Assembly (NCBI GenBank): GCA_041906785.1
Contig: JAYRIM010000028.1
Span: forward strand, 121,661 to 185,660
Source: Candidatus Levyibacteriota bacterium
Lineage (GTDB): Bacteria; Patescibacteriota; Microgenomatia; Levybacterales; UBA12049
Direction: 5' to 3'
Length of the DNA stretch: 64,000 bases
In this document: positions 30,092 to 38,964 of the stretch, piece after piece
Numbering within the stretch: the first letter of the stretch is position 1
How the letters are laid out: each line of letters opens with the position of its first letter
The notes under the pieces: generated by a model
Seen by the model: only the letters and a program-made list of their open reading frames with translations
What the model was told of the DNA's origin: nothing
Database searches by the model: none
Made by a program: the position numbers and the translations under genes

Positions 30092-31296
30092 ATATTTTAT
30101 TAATTTCTTCATATTTGCCTTATCCGCTTTATTCTGGTGGACATATCCGACTATTTAATTTAATTAAAGAACTATCGAAAAAGCACAGAATAACATTGGT
30201 TTGCGAGAAACGTGCGTACCAAACTGAAAAGGATATTATGGAAGTCGCCAGGTACTGTGACACTGTTCATACAGTTCACAGGAATAAGCAGTGGAGTCTA
30301 AAAAACATTATAAAAACAGGTTTCTCATTTAAGCCTTTTTTATTAGTCGGTCATGACCATAATGATATGAAGAAAAAGATTAAGGAGTTACTTGAGAAAA
30401 AAAAATTTGATGTCATACATGTTGAAACATTCTACGTACTGCAAAACGTTCCGGAGACTGAAATTCCGATAATACTTGTAGAACATAATATTGAATATTC
30501 AGTATATAAACGGTACGCAGATCAGGCAAAAATTTTTCTTCGTCCATTCTTTTATATTGATGTTAAAAAACTAGAAATCGCTGAAAAAAAATCATGGAAT
30601 AGAGTACATAAAGTAATCGCAGTTTCAGAAATTGAAAAGAAAAAAATAGGAATAGATGGCGTAGAAGTAGTGCCAAATGGTGTAGATCTAGGTCTTTTTA
30701 CTTTTAGAAAACCACTAGAAAAATCATATCATTCTGTTGCTAAACAAGCGCATATGCCAGAGAAAGAGTTGTTATTCATAGGTGATTTTTCTTGGATTCA
30801 AAATCGTGATGCAGTAAAATGGATTATTAATGATATTTGGCCATATTTGTTACGCGCAGTTGAAGGAGAAATTAAAATTAAGTTCCACATCGCAGGAAGA
30901 CAGATTCCTTCGGAAATTAGATCTTTAAGCACATATGACAGCATTATATATACAGAAAATTCACCAAATACTGTAGAACTTTTTAAGAATGCAGATGTAC
31001 TATTAGCGCCGATACGAGTAGGGGGTGGAACGAGCTATAAAATATTGGAAGCAATGGCTACAGGCGTCCCCGTAGTAACAACATCGTTAGGTATTGAAGG
31101 TTTACAGGCCAAACCTGATGTTCATGCTATATGTGCAGACGAAACACAAGCTCTGGTTGAAAAAACAGCTCGGCTTTTGAGAGATACAACTCTCTATGAG
31201 AATGTAGGAAAAAATGCACGGAAACTCATAGAAGAAAAATATAATTGGAAAGTAATTGCAAAGAAATTAGAAGAAGTGTATGAAGCTATAAAATAA
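30088..31296 (+). CDS. GT4 family glycosyltransferase
   Basis: C-terminal GGGTSYKILEAMATGVPVVTTSLGIEG donor-binding region. Confidence 0.8.
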   Translation: MNILLISSYLPYPLYSGGHIRLFNLIKELSKKHRITLVCEKRAYQTEKDIMEVARYCDTVHTVHRNKQWSLKNIIKTGFSFKPFLLVGHDHNDMKKKIKELLEKKKFDVIHVETFYVLQNVPETEIPIILVEHNIEYSVYKRYADQAKIFLRPFFYIDVKKLEIAEKKSWNRVHKVIAVSEIEKKKIGIDGVEVVPNGVDLGLFTFRKPLEKSYHSVAKQAHMPEKELLFIGDFSWIQNRDAVKWIINDIWPYLLRAVEGEIKIKFHIAGRQIPSEIRSLSTYDSIIYTENSPNTVELFKNADVLLAPIRVGGGTSYKILEAMATGVPVVTTSLGIEGLQAKPDVHAICADETQALVEKTARLLRDTTLYENVGKNARKLIEEKYNWKVIAKKLEEVYEAIK

Positions 31297-31360
31297 TTGT
31301 TATATTGCTAAATTGTTATATTGTTTTAGGATTAGAGCGATGTAACAATACAACAATCCT
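31294..31360. repeat. intergenic TTGTTATATTG inverted-repeat element, copy B
   Basis: AATTGTTATATTGCTAAATTGTTATATTGTTTTAGG...GTAACAATACAACAATCC between the GT4 stop and the GT2 start. Confidence 0.6.
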
Positions 31361-32266
31361 ATGTTTGATCTCTCGATAATTATCATTTCTTTTAATACAA
31401 AAGAATTTTTAAAAAAATGTTTACTTTCGATTAGAGAAAATACCTCGAAACCATTAAATTATGAAATTATCGTTGTTGATAATAACTCTTCAGATGGAAC
31501 AAAGGATGAGATTTCCAATTTTTCTTCTCAAATTTCCAATTTCAAATTGATTGAGAATGAAGAGAATGTTGGGTTCGCAAAAGCTTGCAATATTGGTGTA
31601 AAACAAGCAAAAGGCAGATATATATTATTTCTTAATCCTGACACGCATATTTTTAAACATACTTTAAATGAAATGGTTTCCTTTATGGATTTTCATAAAG
31701 AAGCTGGAGCCGCAACATGTTTTGTAGAATGGCCAAATCGAAAACTAGATGATGGTGCTCATAGAGGATTTCCAACTCCCTGGAATGCTTTTTGTTATTT
31801 TTCTGGTTTAGCGAAATTATTTCCGAAATCTTTATTGTTTAATGGGTATAATTTAGGGTTTAAGCATCTTGATACTGTGCATGAAATTGATGCACTAACT
31901 GGAGCTTTTATGATAGTAAGAAGAGAGGCTGGAGAAGAAATTGGATGGTGGGATGAAGATTATTTCTTTAATGGTGAAGATCTGGATTTTTGTTTTAAAT
32001 TAAAAGAAAAAGGTTGGAAAATATATTTTATTCCGACTGTAAAAGTCTTACATTATAAAGGAGTCTCGAGTGGCATTAAATCTATATCACGTGATATTAC
32101 TACTGCCGATAAAGCATTACGAATAAAAATAACAAAGGCGAGGTTTGATGCAATGCGATTATTCTACAAAAAGCATTATAAGAATACATATCCAGGAATT
32201 CTTACTTGGTTAGTAATGCTCGGGGTATCCTTAAAAGAAAAATTAGCGCTTCGAACAATATCCTAG
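31361..32266 (+). CDS. GT2 family glycosyltransferase (carries an in-frame insert of ATTTCCAATTT repeats)
   Basis: LSIIIISFNTKEFL ... IIVVDNNSSDGT ... FLNPDT ... FFNGEDLDFCFK. Confidence 0.8.
   Translation: MFDLSIIIISFNTKEFLKKCLLSIRENTSKPLNYEIIVVDNNSSDGTKDEISNFSSQISNFKLIENEENVGFAKACNIGVKQAKGRYILFLNPDTHIFKHTLNEMVSFMDFHKEAGAATCFVEWPNRKLDDGAHRGFPTPWNAFCYFSGLAKLFPKSLLFNGYNLGFKHLDTVHEIDALTGAFMIVRREAGEEIGWWDEDYFFNGEDLDFCFKLKEKGWKIYFIPTVKVLHYKGVSSGIKSISRDITTADKALRIKITKARFDAMRLFYKKHYKNTYPGILTWLVMLGVSLKEKLALRTIS
31510..31541 (+). repeat. two ATTTCCAATTT copies separated by 10 nt inside the GT2 gene. Shares the 18-mer AATTTCCAATTTCAAATT with the tract at 22331-22365.
   Basis: GAGATTTCCAATTTTTCTTCTCAAATTTCCAATTTCAAATTG encoding EISNFSSQISNFKL in the loop after the DGT motif. 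Confidence 0.7.
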
Positions 32267-32359
32267 ATATATATTTCGATCTTCTTAGTCATGAAAGCTA
32301 TGTTATACTTGAGGTATGACCCTTCGGTAAACTCAGGGTCATAGTGAGTTTATGGAACT

Positions 32360-33499
32360 ATGAAAATCGGGATTGATGTTCGACTCTGGAATGAGACTGG
32401 AGTAGGTCGGTATATTCGGAATTTGGTTAAAAACTTGCATGAGATTGATAAAGTTAATGACTATATTTTATTTGCAAGAGCAACTGATGTAGAAAGTATT
32501 AAGTATTATGTATCAAGTATTAAGTGGAAAATAGTTGTTGTAAATATTCGATGGCACTCTTTTAAAGAACAGTTGAAGTTTCCCCAAATTCTCTATAGAG
32601 AGAATCTAGATCTTATGCATTTTCCTTATTTCTCCGTTCCATTTAACTATAGAAAACCTTTTATTGTAACCATACATGATCTTATCATTTATCATTATTC
32701 GACAGGAAAAGCATCGACGCTTCCTTTACCTTTTTATCAGTTGAAACGTTTAGGATATAAATTTGCTATAAAGCAAGCTATTCATAACGCTAAAAAAGTA
32801 ATTGTCCCTCTGCAATCGGTTAAAGAGGACGTTATAGAAACCTTACAAGCTGATCCAAAAAAGATTATAGTAACTCAAGAAAGTGTTGATGAAGAAATTA
32901 ACAATGCTAATAGACAAATGATCAATCCACAATTAAAATCAGAGAATTATTTTCTTTATGTTGGTAATGCTTATCCACATAAAAATATTCAAACGTTACT
33001 GCAGGCGTTCGAATCATTTAAAAAACAAATTGTCCATCATAACGTTAAGCTATTTTTAGTTGGAAAAAAAGATTATTTTTATTCTCAGTTAGAAAACAAT
33101 TTAAAAGAAAAACAGGGAAATGCAGTACATATTTTTCATACCATTGATGATTCTATGTTACATGAATTGTATGATAATGCGATTGCTCTCATAGCACCAT
33201 CTTTTATAGAAGGTTTTGGTTTAGTACCCTTAGAGGCAATGGCGAACAATTGTCTGGTAATAGCGTCTGATATTCATGCGCATCGAGAAGTTTGTCAAGA
33301 CGCTGCGGTTTACTTTCCTGCTCATGATCAATCAGAATTAACAAATAGAATGATTGAAGTTTTTACACAGACTAATAATTCAATATTTGAAAATTTGAGA
33401 CAAAAAGGATTGAAAAGAGTAAAAAACTTTTCCTGGAAGCGTATGACTCAGGAAACATTGAAAATCTATGAAAGTTGCATTAGTGTACGACAGAGTTAA
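32360..33499 (+). CDS. GT4 family glycosyltransferase (carries an in-frame AGTATTAAGT repeat insert)
   Basis: MKIGIDVRLWNETGVGRYIRNL ... EGFGLVPLEAMANNCLVIASD. Confidence 0.8.
   Translation: MKIGIDVRLWNETGVGRYIRNLVKNLHEIDKVNDYILFARATDVESIKYYVSSIKWKIVVVNIRWHSFKEQLKFPQILYRENLDLMHFPYFSVPFNYRKPFIVTIHDLIIYHYSTGKASTLPLPFYQLKRLGYKFAIKQAIHNAKKVIVPLQSVKEDVIETLQADPKKIIVTQESVDEEINNANRQMINPQLKSENYFLYVGNAYPHKNIQTLLQAFESFKKQIVHHNVKLFLVGKKDYFYSQLENNLKEKQGNAVHIFHTIDDSMLHELYDNAIALIAPSFIEGFGLVPLEAMANNCLVIASDIHAHREVCQDAAVYFPAHDQSELTNRMIEVFTQTNNSIFENLRQKGLKRVKNFSWKRMTQETLKIYESCISVRQS
32494..32526 (+). repeat. AGTATTA(A/T) repeat insert inside the GT4, near-identical to intergenic 24583-24607
   Basis: AAGTATTAAGTATTATGTATCAAGTATTAAG (in-gene) versus AAAGTATTATGTATTAAGTATTT (intergenic upstream of the GT2 at 24606). 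Confidence 0.65.
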
Positions 33500-34553
33500 T
33501 AAATGGGGCGGGGCAGAAAGAGTACTTTTAGCCTTTCACGAATTATTTCCAGATGCTCCTCTATATACATCGGTTTATAATCCTGAGACTGCTCCATGGG
33601 CAAGTGCGTTTACAATAAAGACTTCGTTCCTACAAAATCTGTCATATTTTCGTAATAAACATGAACTGCTTCCTCTCCTTATGCCAATCGCTTTCGAAAG
33701 CTTTATTTTTGATGAATACGATCTTGTTATTTCTATAACAAGTGAATTTGCGAAAGCAATAATTACGAAACCTGGGACAAAGCATATTTGCTATTGTTTA
33801 ACACCTACCCGCTATTTATGGAGTGGATATGATGAATATTTTAAAAACAAAGTTTTACGGACTTCTACGAAATTCTTAATACGAAATCTACGAAAATGGG
33901 ATCGAATTGCAGCACAAAGACCAGATGCATATATCGCTATATCGAAAGAAGTACAGGGGAGAATTAAAAAATATTATGGAAGAGAATCAGAAGTTGTGTA
34001 TCCACCAGTAAGTTTACAAAATTCAAGATTTAAGATTCAAGATTTAAGAATAAATAAAAAAGAACAATATTTTTTAATTGTGTCACGGCTTGTAAGATAT
34101 AAAAGAATCGATCTTGCGATACGAGCATGCAATGAACTGCAATTTCCACTTAAAATTATTGGTATTGGAAGTGAGGAAAAAAGATTAAGGACAATTGCTG
34201 GTCCTACAATTGAATTTGTGGGCTCTGTAGATGAGGAAACACTTGCGCGATACTATTCTCAATGTCAAGCACTTCTTTTCCCTGGATACGAAGATTTTGG
34301 ATTAGCAATGGTTGAAGCACAGCTTTTCGGAAAGCCAGTGATCGCATTCCATAAAGGTGGTGCAGAGGAGATAGTTCTTCATGGAAAAACAGGTTTACTC
34401 TTCGATTCACAAACAGTTGCATCTTTGTCCTCTGTTTTAGGAGCATTTGAAAAAAATGACTTTGATAAGGAAGTTATTATGAAACACGCAGCTCAATTTA
34501 ATAAAGAACATTTTAAGAAAGCTTTCTTATCTGAATTAAAGAAATTATTATGA
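33468..34553 (+). CDS. GT4 family glycosyltransferase
   Basis: MKVALVYDRVNKWGGAERVL ... EDFGLAMVEAQLFGKPVIAFHKGGAEE. Confidence 0.8.
   Translation: MKVALVYDRVNKWGGAERVLLAFHELFPDAPLYTSVYNPETAPWASAFTIKTSFLQNLSYFRNKHELLPLLMPIAFESFIFDEYDLVISITSEFAKAIITKPGTKHICYCLTPTRYLWSGYDEYFKNKVLRTSTKFLIRNLRKWDRIAAQRPDAYIAISKEVQGRIKKYYGRESEVVYPPVSLQNSRFKIQDLRINKKEQYFLIVSRLVRYKRIDLAIRACNELQFPLKIIGIGSEEKRLRTIAGPTIEFVGSVDEETLARYYSQCQALLFPGYEDFGLAMVEAQLFGKPVIAFHKGGAEEIVLHGKTGLLFDSQTVASLSSVLGAFEKNDFDKEVIMKHAAQFNKEHFKKAFLSELKKLL
34021..34052 (+). repeat. 2x 14-nt direct repeat (ATTCAAGATTTAAG) inside GT4 33468..34553
   Basis: AAATTCAAGATTTAAGATTCAAGATTTAAGAATAAA encoding SRFKIQDLRINKK in the inter-domain linker. 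Confidence 0.6.
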
Positions 34554-34618
34554 GAGAATTATAGGATCTTTTAGGTGCCAAATTTGAATTCCTACTCATC
34601 ATTTAGTAGAATAAGTAT

Positions 34619-35704
34619 ATGAAGATCGTTCTCTTCGCAGGTGGTGTCGGTTCGAGATTGTGGCCGTTATCTAGGAAAAACTCTCCTAAACAGTTTGAGA
34701 AAATCATAGCAGATCGTTCAATGCTTCAGATAGCAGTTCATAAACTTTTTCCTGAATTTAAATGGGAAGATATTTATATTTCGACGGGGAAAACATATAA
34801 AAACATTATTATAGAACAGCTCCCTCAGCTTCCGAAAAACAATATCATTATTGAACCTGAAATGCGTGATGTTGGTCCGGCTGTGGGGTTAATCATCGCT
34901 CAGTTTGCGAAAACTAATCCAGACGAACCCATTGTTCTCCTTTGGGGAAGTGATCATTTAGTAAAGCGAGAAGATTATTTTAGAAAAATTCTTAGAACTG
35001 CTGAAAAACTCGTGTTAGAAAAACCAGAAAGCATTGTTTTTATAGGTCAAAAACCTCGATATGGAAATCAAAATGTTGGTTATATAGAGTTCGGTCGTGA
35101 GCAAACAAAAAGAGATGATTTGTCAGTATATGAATTTAAGAGTTTTCAATATGCTCCTCCTCTTGAAATTGCACAAAGATACGCGAATGACGGAAAACAT
35201 GCCTGGAATTTGGGATATTTTGTCACAACAGCTGGATTTTTATGGAAATTATTTGAGAAATTTTCTCCAGAATTATTTAAACAGTTGAAGCAAATTCAGG
35301 ACGCCTTCGGCACACCAGCATATGAGAAAGTATTACAAAGGATTTATCCTACTATTGAAAAAATCTCTTTTGACCATGCGGTCCTTGAAAGAATGGATCC
35401 AGAATCCGGTATGGTAATTTCAGCAGATATTGGCTGGAGTGACATAGGTGCGTGGGAAGCTATGAAAGAGGCATTAAGCGATACTGTAGAATCAAATGTT
35501 ACGAAAGGTAAAATTATTCTCGAAGATTGTACAGATTCAATAGTTCATAATTCTACAGAACAATTAGTAGTAGGAATAGATTTAAATGGATTAGTTGTTG
35601 TCAGTACTGATGATGTAATACTTATTTGCCCGAAAGATTCAGTACCCAAAATTAAAAAATTTGTTACAAGTCTTAAGGGCACTGAGCATGAACATCTAAC
35701 TTAG
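34619..35704 (+). CDS. manC: mannose-1-phosphate guanylyltransferase-like sugar nucleotidyltransferase
   Basis: MKIVLFAGGVGSRLWPLSRKNSPKQF nucleotidyltransferase motif; ~360 aa and lacks an isomerase domain. Confidence 0.7.
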   Translation: MKIVLFAGGVGSRLWPLSRKNSPKQFEKIIADRSMLQIAVHKLFPEFKWEDIYISTGKTYKNIIIEQLPQLPKNNIIIEPEMRDVGPAVGLIIAQFAKTNPDEPIVLLWGSDHLVKREDYFRKILRTAEKLVLEKPESIVFIGQKPRYGNQNVGYIEFGREQTKRDDLSVYEFKSFQYAPPLEIAQRYANDGKHAWNLGYFVTTAGFLWKLFEKFSPELFKQLKQIQDAFGTPAYEKVLQRIYPTIEKISFDHAVLERMDPESGMVISADIGWSDIGAWEAMKEALSDTVESNVTKGKIILEDCTDSIVHNSTEQLVVGIDLNGLVVVSTDDVILICPKDSVPKIKKFVTSLKGTEHEHLT

Positions 35705-35705
35705 C

Positions 35706-36371
35706 ATGCACTACATAGAAGTTAAAAAGAGTCGCAGATACGAAGTAACAAAACGATTCATAGACATAGTTTTTTCTTTCATTTTACTCATATTATTTCT
35801 TCCTATTATTATTGTCGTTGCAATAGCAATAAGGTTGGAAACGGAAGGGCCTATTTTTGCTGACACTCCTCCTCGAGTAGGAAAAAAAGGTAAATTATTT
35901 AAAATGTATAAGTTCAGATCAATGGTCCAGAATGCATACGAATTACTTAAATCTGATCCAGAATTTGCGAAGCTCTATCAAGAATATAAGCTTGGAAGTT
36001 ATAAATTAAAAAATGATCCACGAGTTACGAAAGTAGGTAAATTTATTCGAAAGCATTCTTTAGATGAAGTGCCTCAACTAATGAATAGTTTAAAAGGAGA
36101 TATGAGCGTCGTTGGGCCACGTGCATATTATCCTGATGAACTGAAAGAACAACAGCAACGATACCCTCAAACGAAAGAAGCAGTTAAGATTGTGCTTTCT
36201 GTAAAACCAGGAATTACAGGTTATTGGCAGGTATCGGGAAGAAGTGAAATAAATTTTGATAAACGTATCCATATGGATGCTGAGTATGTGAAAAAACGTT
36301 CGATACTTTTTGATTTACACATCATTGCTAAATCACCTTGGGCTATGATTTCAGGAAAAGGAGCACACTGA
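35706..36371 (+). CDS. polyprenyl-phosphate hexose-1-phosphate transferase (bacterial sugar transferase; WbaP/WcaJ C-terminal-domain type), initiating enzyme
   Basis: One N-terminal TM, then DEVPQLMNSLKGDMSVVGPRAY, the signature of the Bac_transf family. Confidence 0.8.
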   Translation: MHYIEVKKSRRYEVTKRFIDIVFSFILLILFLPIIIVVAIAIRLETEGPIFADTPPRVGKKGKLFKMYKFRSMVQNAYELLKSDPEFAKLYQEYKLGSYKLKNDPRVTKVGKFIRKHSLDEVPQLMNSLKGDMSVVGPRAYYPDELKEQQQRYPQTKEAVKIVLSVKPGITGYWQVSGRSEINFDKRIHMDAEYVKKRSILFDLHIIAKSPWAMISGKGAH

Positions 36372-36375
36372 AAGT

Positions 36376-36425
36376 TATGAGTTATGAGTTATGAGTTATG
36401 AGTTGTAGGTTGTAAGTTGTAGGTT
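36376..36425. repeat. heptamer tandem repeats (4x AGTTATG, then 3x RGTTGTA) with a GC-rich imperfect hairpin downstream (to ~36470)
   Basis: AAGTTATGAGTTATGAGTTATGAGTTATGAGTTGTAGGTTGTAAGTTGTAGGTTG followed by CCCGCCTGCAACG...GCGGGCAGG. Confidence 0.8.
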
Positions 36426-36504
36426 GCCCGCCTGCAACGTTTTGCGTAGCAATGCGGGCAGGTGGGTTGGGAATTAAAAAATAAAGTGTAGTTACATTTG
36501 ACAT

Positions 36505-38517
36505 TTGAAATTGGTAGTATTTGACATTCTTATTATTGGTTGGGTATCATGTATTAGCTATATGGCTGGATTCAATAAAATAGATCTGAATACTGATGTA
36601 AAAGCTGGGAATCAGCCTAAAAATGATTCACTTTTTATGACTGTAAAAAAGAAACGTTCTTTACGATTTAAAAATAAAAAACTGGTTCTTGTAGCTGGCG
36701 GAATTATAGTTTTCTTCCTCCTATTGGCAGCTATAACAGCGGTGCCTGCATTTAATACTTATACAGCTGGAATGGCTACGTATCGTCAAGCGAAAATGAT
36801 CGCAACAGCTATGAAACAGCAGAACGTCACTTTGGCTTCAGAAGAATTAGAAAAAACAAAACAGAGTTTACAAACGACTAGGAAACATTTCGATCAAATG
36901 TTTTATCTTAAGTTTGTTCCTATTGTGAATTTCTATTATGGCGATGCCGATCATGCACTGAGAGCAGGTGAGTATGGTTTAAAAAGCGCTACCATCGTAA
37001 TCGATTCGCTGAAACCATATGCTGATGTTTTAGGTTTAAAAGGCCAGGGAAGTTTTAGTGCAGGTTCTGCTGAAGATCGAATTAAAACAGCTGTCATGAC
37101 AATGGGTAGAATTACTCCAAAGGTTGATGAGATTGCAGATTCCTTACTGCTCATTCAAAAGGAAATTGATCAAATAAATCCTGGACATTATCCAGAGTTA
37201 CTCTTCGGTAAAAAACCGAAAACAGAACTTACCCAGATTCGTGACCTAACGGATCAAAGTGTTGAATTGGTAAATGAAGCTCGTCCATTGATAAAAGTTC
37301 TTCCTTCATTACTTGGAGAATCAGAAGAAAAAAAATACTTGGTTCTTTTCCAAAATGATAAAGAACTACGTGCTACAGGTGGATTTATTACTGCATATAC
37401 AATTATGAAAATAGATAAGGGACGAATATCGATCGAACGGTCTGACGATATTTATCCTTTAGATGATTCAATTCCAAATAAACCAGAGGCTCCCGATCCA
37501 ATTGTTAACTATCTTCCAAAAGTTCCACGACTCAATTTACGTGATTCGAATCTCTCTCCAGATTTTGTTACATCCATGAAAACATTCAAGTCGCTTTATG
37601 ATAAGGCAGGACAGGGTGTAGATGTAGATGGAATTATCGCAATTGATACACATGTACTTGTTTCTACTATTAAAGTACTTGATGATCAAGTACAGGCAGC
37701 AGGAATGACATTTACGACACAAGTAGATAAACGATGTGATTGTCCCCAAGTTATTTATGAACTCGAAAATGATATCTCTCGCCCTGTAAATTATGTAAAG
37801 ACAGACCGTAAATACCTTATTCGAGAATTGATGAATACCATTATGGTGAAAGCATTGTCTTCTTCACCAAAGGCATACTGGGGGAAACTATTCCAAACAA
37901 TGCTTATGCTTACGAATCAGAAACACATCCTCTTTTATCTCTACGATAAAGACGCACAATCAGGTATAGAAGCTCTTGAAGCATCAGGAAAAATAGTTGA
38001 TTTTGAGGGCGATTATTTACATATTAACGACACAAATTTCGGGGGACAAAAGTCAAATCTTTTCACAAAGCATACTGTAGAAGTTGCTTATGATAAAAAG
38101 AATGATGGAAAAATAGAAAAAACCATAACTATTAATTATAAGAACACATTTCCACCTTCTAATTGTGATTTAGAAGCAGGGCAGCTCTGTCTAAACGCTC
38201 CATTACGTAACTGGCTTAGAGTTTACGTGCCGAAAGGAAGTAAGCTCGTCTCTAGTAAAGGTTCCCAAGTAAAACTACAAACATATGATGAATTAGGAAA
38301 AACTGTATTTGATGGATTCTTAACAGTAAGACCGTTAGGGTCTGCGAAATTTACGATCACCTATACCTTACCATTTAAAGTAGATTCAAACTCATTACCT
38401 ATTCTTATCCAAAAACAAGCGGGAACAGAAGGTCATGAGTATATAATTACTGCCAATGGTAGACCTGTCCAAAAATTCCAACTTTTTGCAGATAAAGAAA
38501 TGGAAATAAAGTTATAA
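36505..38517 (+). CDS. membrane-anchored extracytoplasmic protein (DUF4012-like), hypothetical envelope protein
   Basis: Single N-terminal TM then a ~600-aa hydrophilic domain. This family is commonly linked to cell-wall glycopolymer loci. The start codon is uncertain. Confidence 0.4.
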   Translation: MKLVVFDILIIGWVSCISYMAGFNKIDLNTDVKAGNQPKNDSLFMTVKKKRSLRFKNKKLVLVAGGIIVFFLLLAAITAVPAFNTYTAGMATYRQAKMIATAMKQQNVTLASEELEKTKQSLQTTRKHFDQMFYLKFVPIVNFYYGDADHALRAGEYGLKSATIVIDSLKPYADVLGLKGQGSFSAGSAEDRIKTAVMTMGRITPKVDEIADSLLLIQKEIDQINPGHYPELLFGKKPKTELTQIRDLTDQSVELVNEARPLIKVLPSLLGESEEKKYLVLFQNDKELRATGGFITAYTIMKIDKGRISIERSDDIYPLDDSIPNKPEAPDPIVNYLPKVPRLNLRDSNLSPDFVTSMKTFKSLYDKAGQGVDVDGIIAIDTHVLVSTIKVLDDQVQAAGMTFTTQVDKRCDCPQVIYELENDISRPVNYVKTDRKYLIRELMNTIMVKALSSSPKAYWGKLFQTMLMLTNQKHILFYLYDKDAQSGIEALEASGKIVDFEGDYLHINDTNFGGQKSNLFTKHTVEVAYDKKNDGKIEKTITINYKNTFPPSNCDLEAGQLCLNAPLRNWLRVYVPKGSKLVSSKGSQVKLQTYDELGKTVFDGFLTVRPLGSAKFTITYTLPFKVDSNSLPILIQKQAGTEGHEYIITANGRPVQKFQLFADKEMEIKL

Positions 38518-38518
38518 C

Positions 38519-38556
38519 TCACGAATCACACGAATTTCTTTACGAATGATGCGAAT
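38519..38556. repeat. array of ACGAAT/GCGAAT hexamers upstream of the GxxExxY gene; the inverted counterpart (ATTCGC x3, with the palindrome AATTCGCGAATT) lies at ~38925-38960
   Basis: CACGAATCACACGAATTTCTTTACGAATGATGCGAATTTG upstream; AATTCGCGAATTTCGCAAAAAGATTCGCATAA at the 3' end of the gene. Confidence 0.65.
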
Positions 38557-38964
38557 TTGTGTATGAGCCATGTCCTCTATAAAGAGCTCAGCTATGAAAT
38601 TGTTGGTGCATTATTTGAAGCCTATAATTCACTTGGTGCTAATTATCATGAAAGGTACTGCCAACGCGCTGTTGAGAAATTCTTAATTAAAAGGAATTTA
38701 AGGTATAAAAAAGAATATCCTGTTGATATTCTTCTTGAAGAAGATGTCATCGGTAAACACTATCTAGATTTTCTTATAAATGAAGTTGTTGTCTTAGAAA
38801 TTAAGAAAGGTAATAGATATAATATGTCAGATATAAAACAAGTTTTAATGTATTTAAAAACAACAGGGTTAAAACTTGGAATCTTGGCTTATTTTGGTAC
38901 TGATGGTGTATTCTATAAAAGAATAATCAATTCGCGAATTTCGCAAAAAGATTCGCATAATTAG
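38557..38964 (+). CDS. GxxExxY family protein (PD-(D/E)xK nuclease fold)
   Basis: IVGALFEAYNSLG (GxxExxY) ... VVLEIKKG ... TTGLKLGILAYFG are diagnostic of this family. Flanked by inverted CGAAT repeat arrays. Confidence 0.7.
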   Translation: MCMSHVLYKELSYEIVGALFEAYNSLGANYHERYCQRAVEKFLIKRNLRYKKEYPVDILLEEDVIGKHYLDFLINEVVVLEIKKGNRYNMSDIKQVLMYLKTTGLKLGILAYFGTDGVFYKRIINSRISQKDSHN

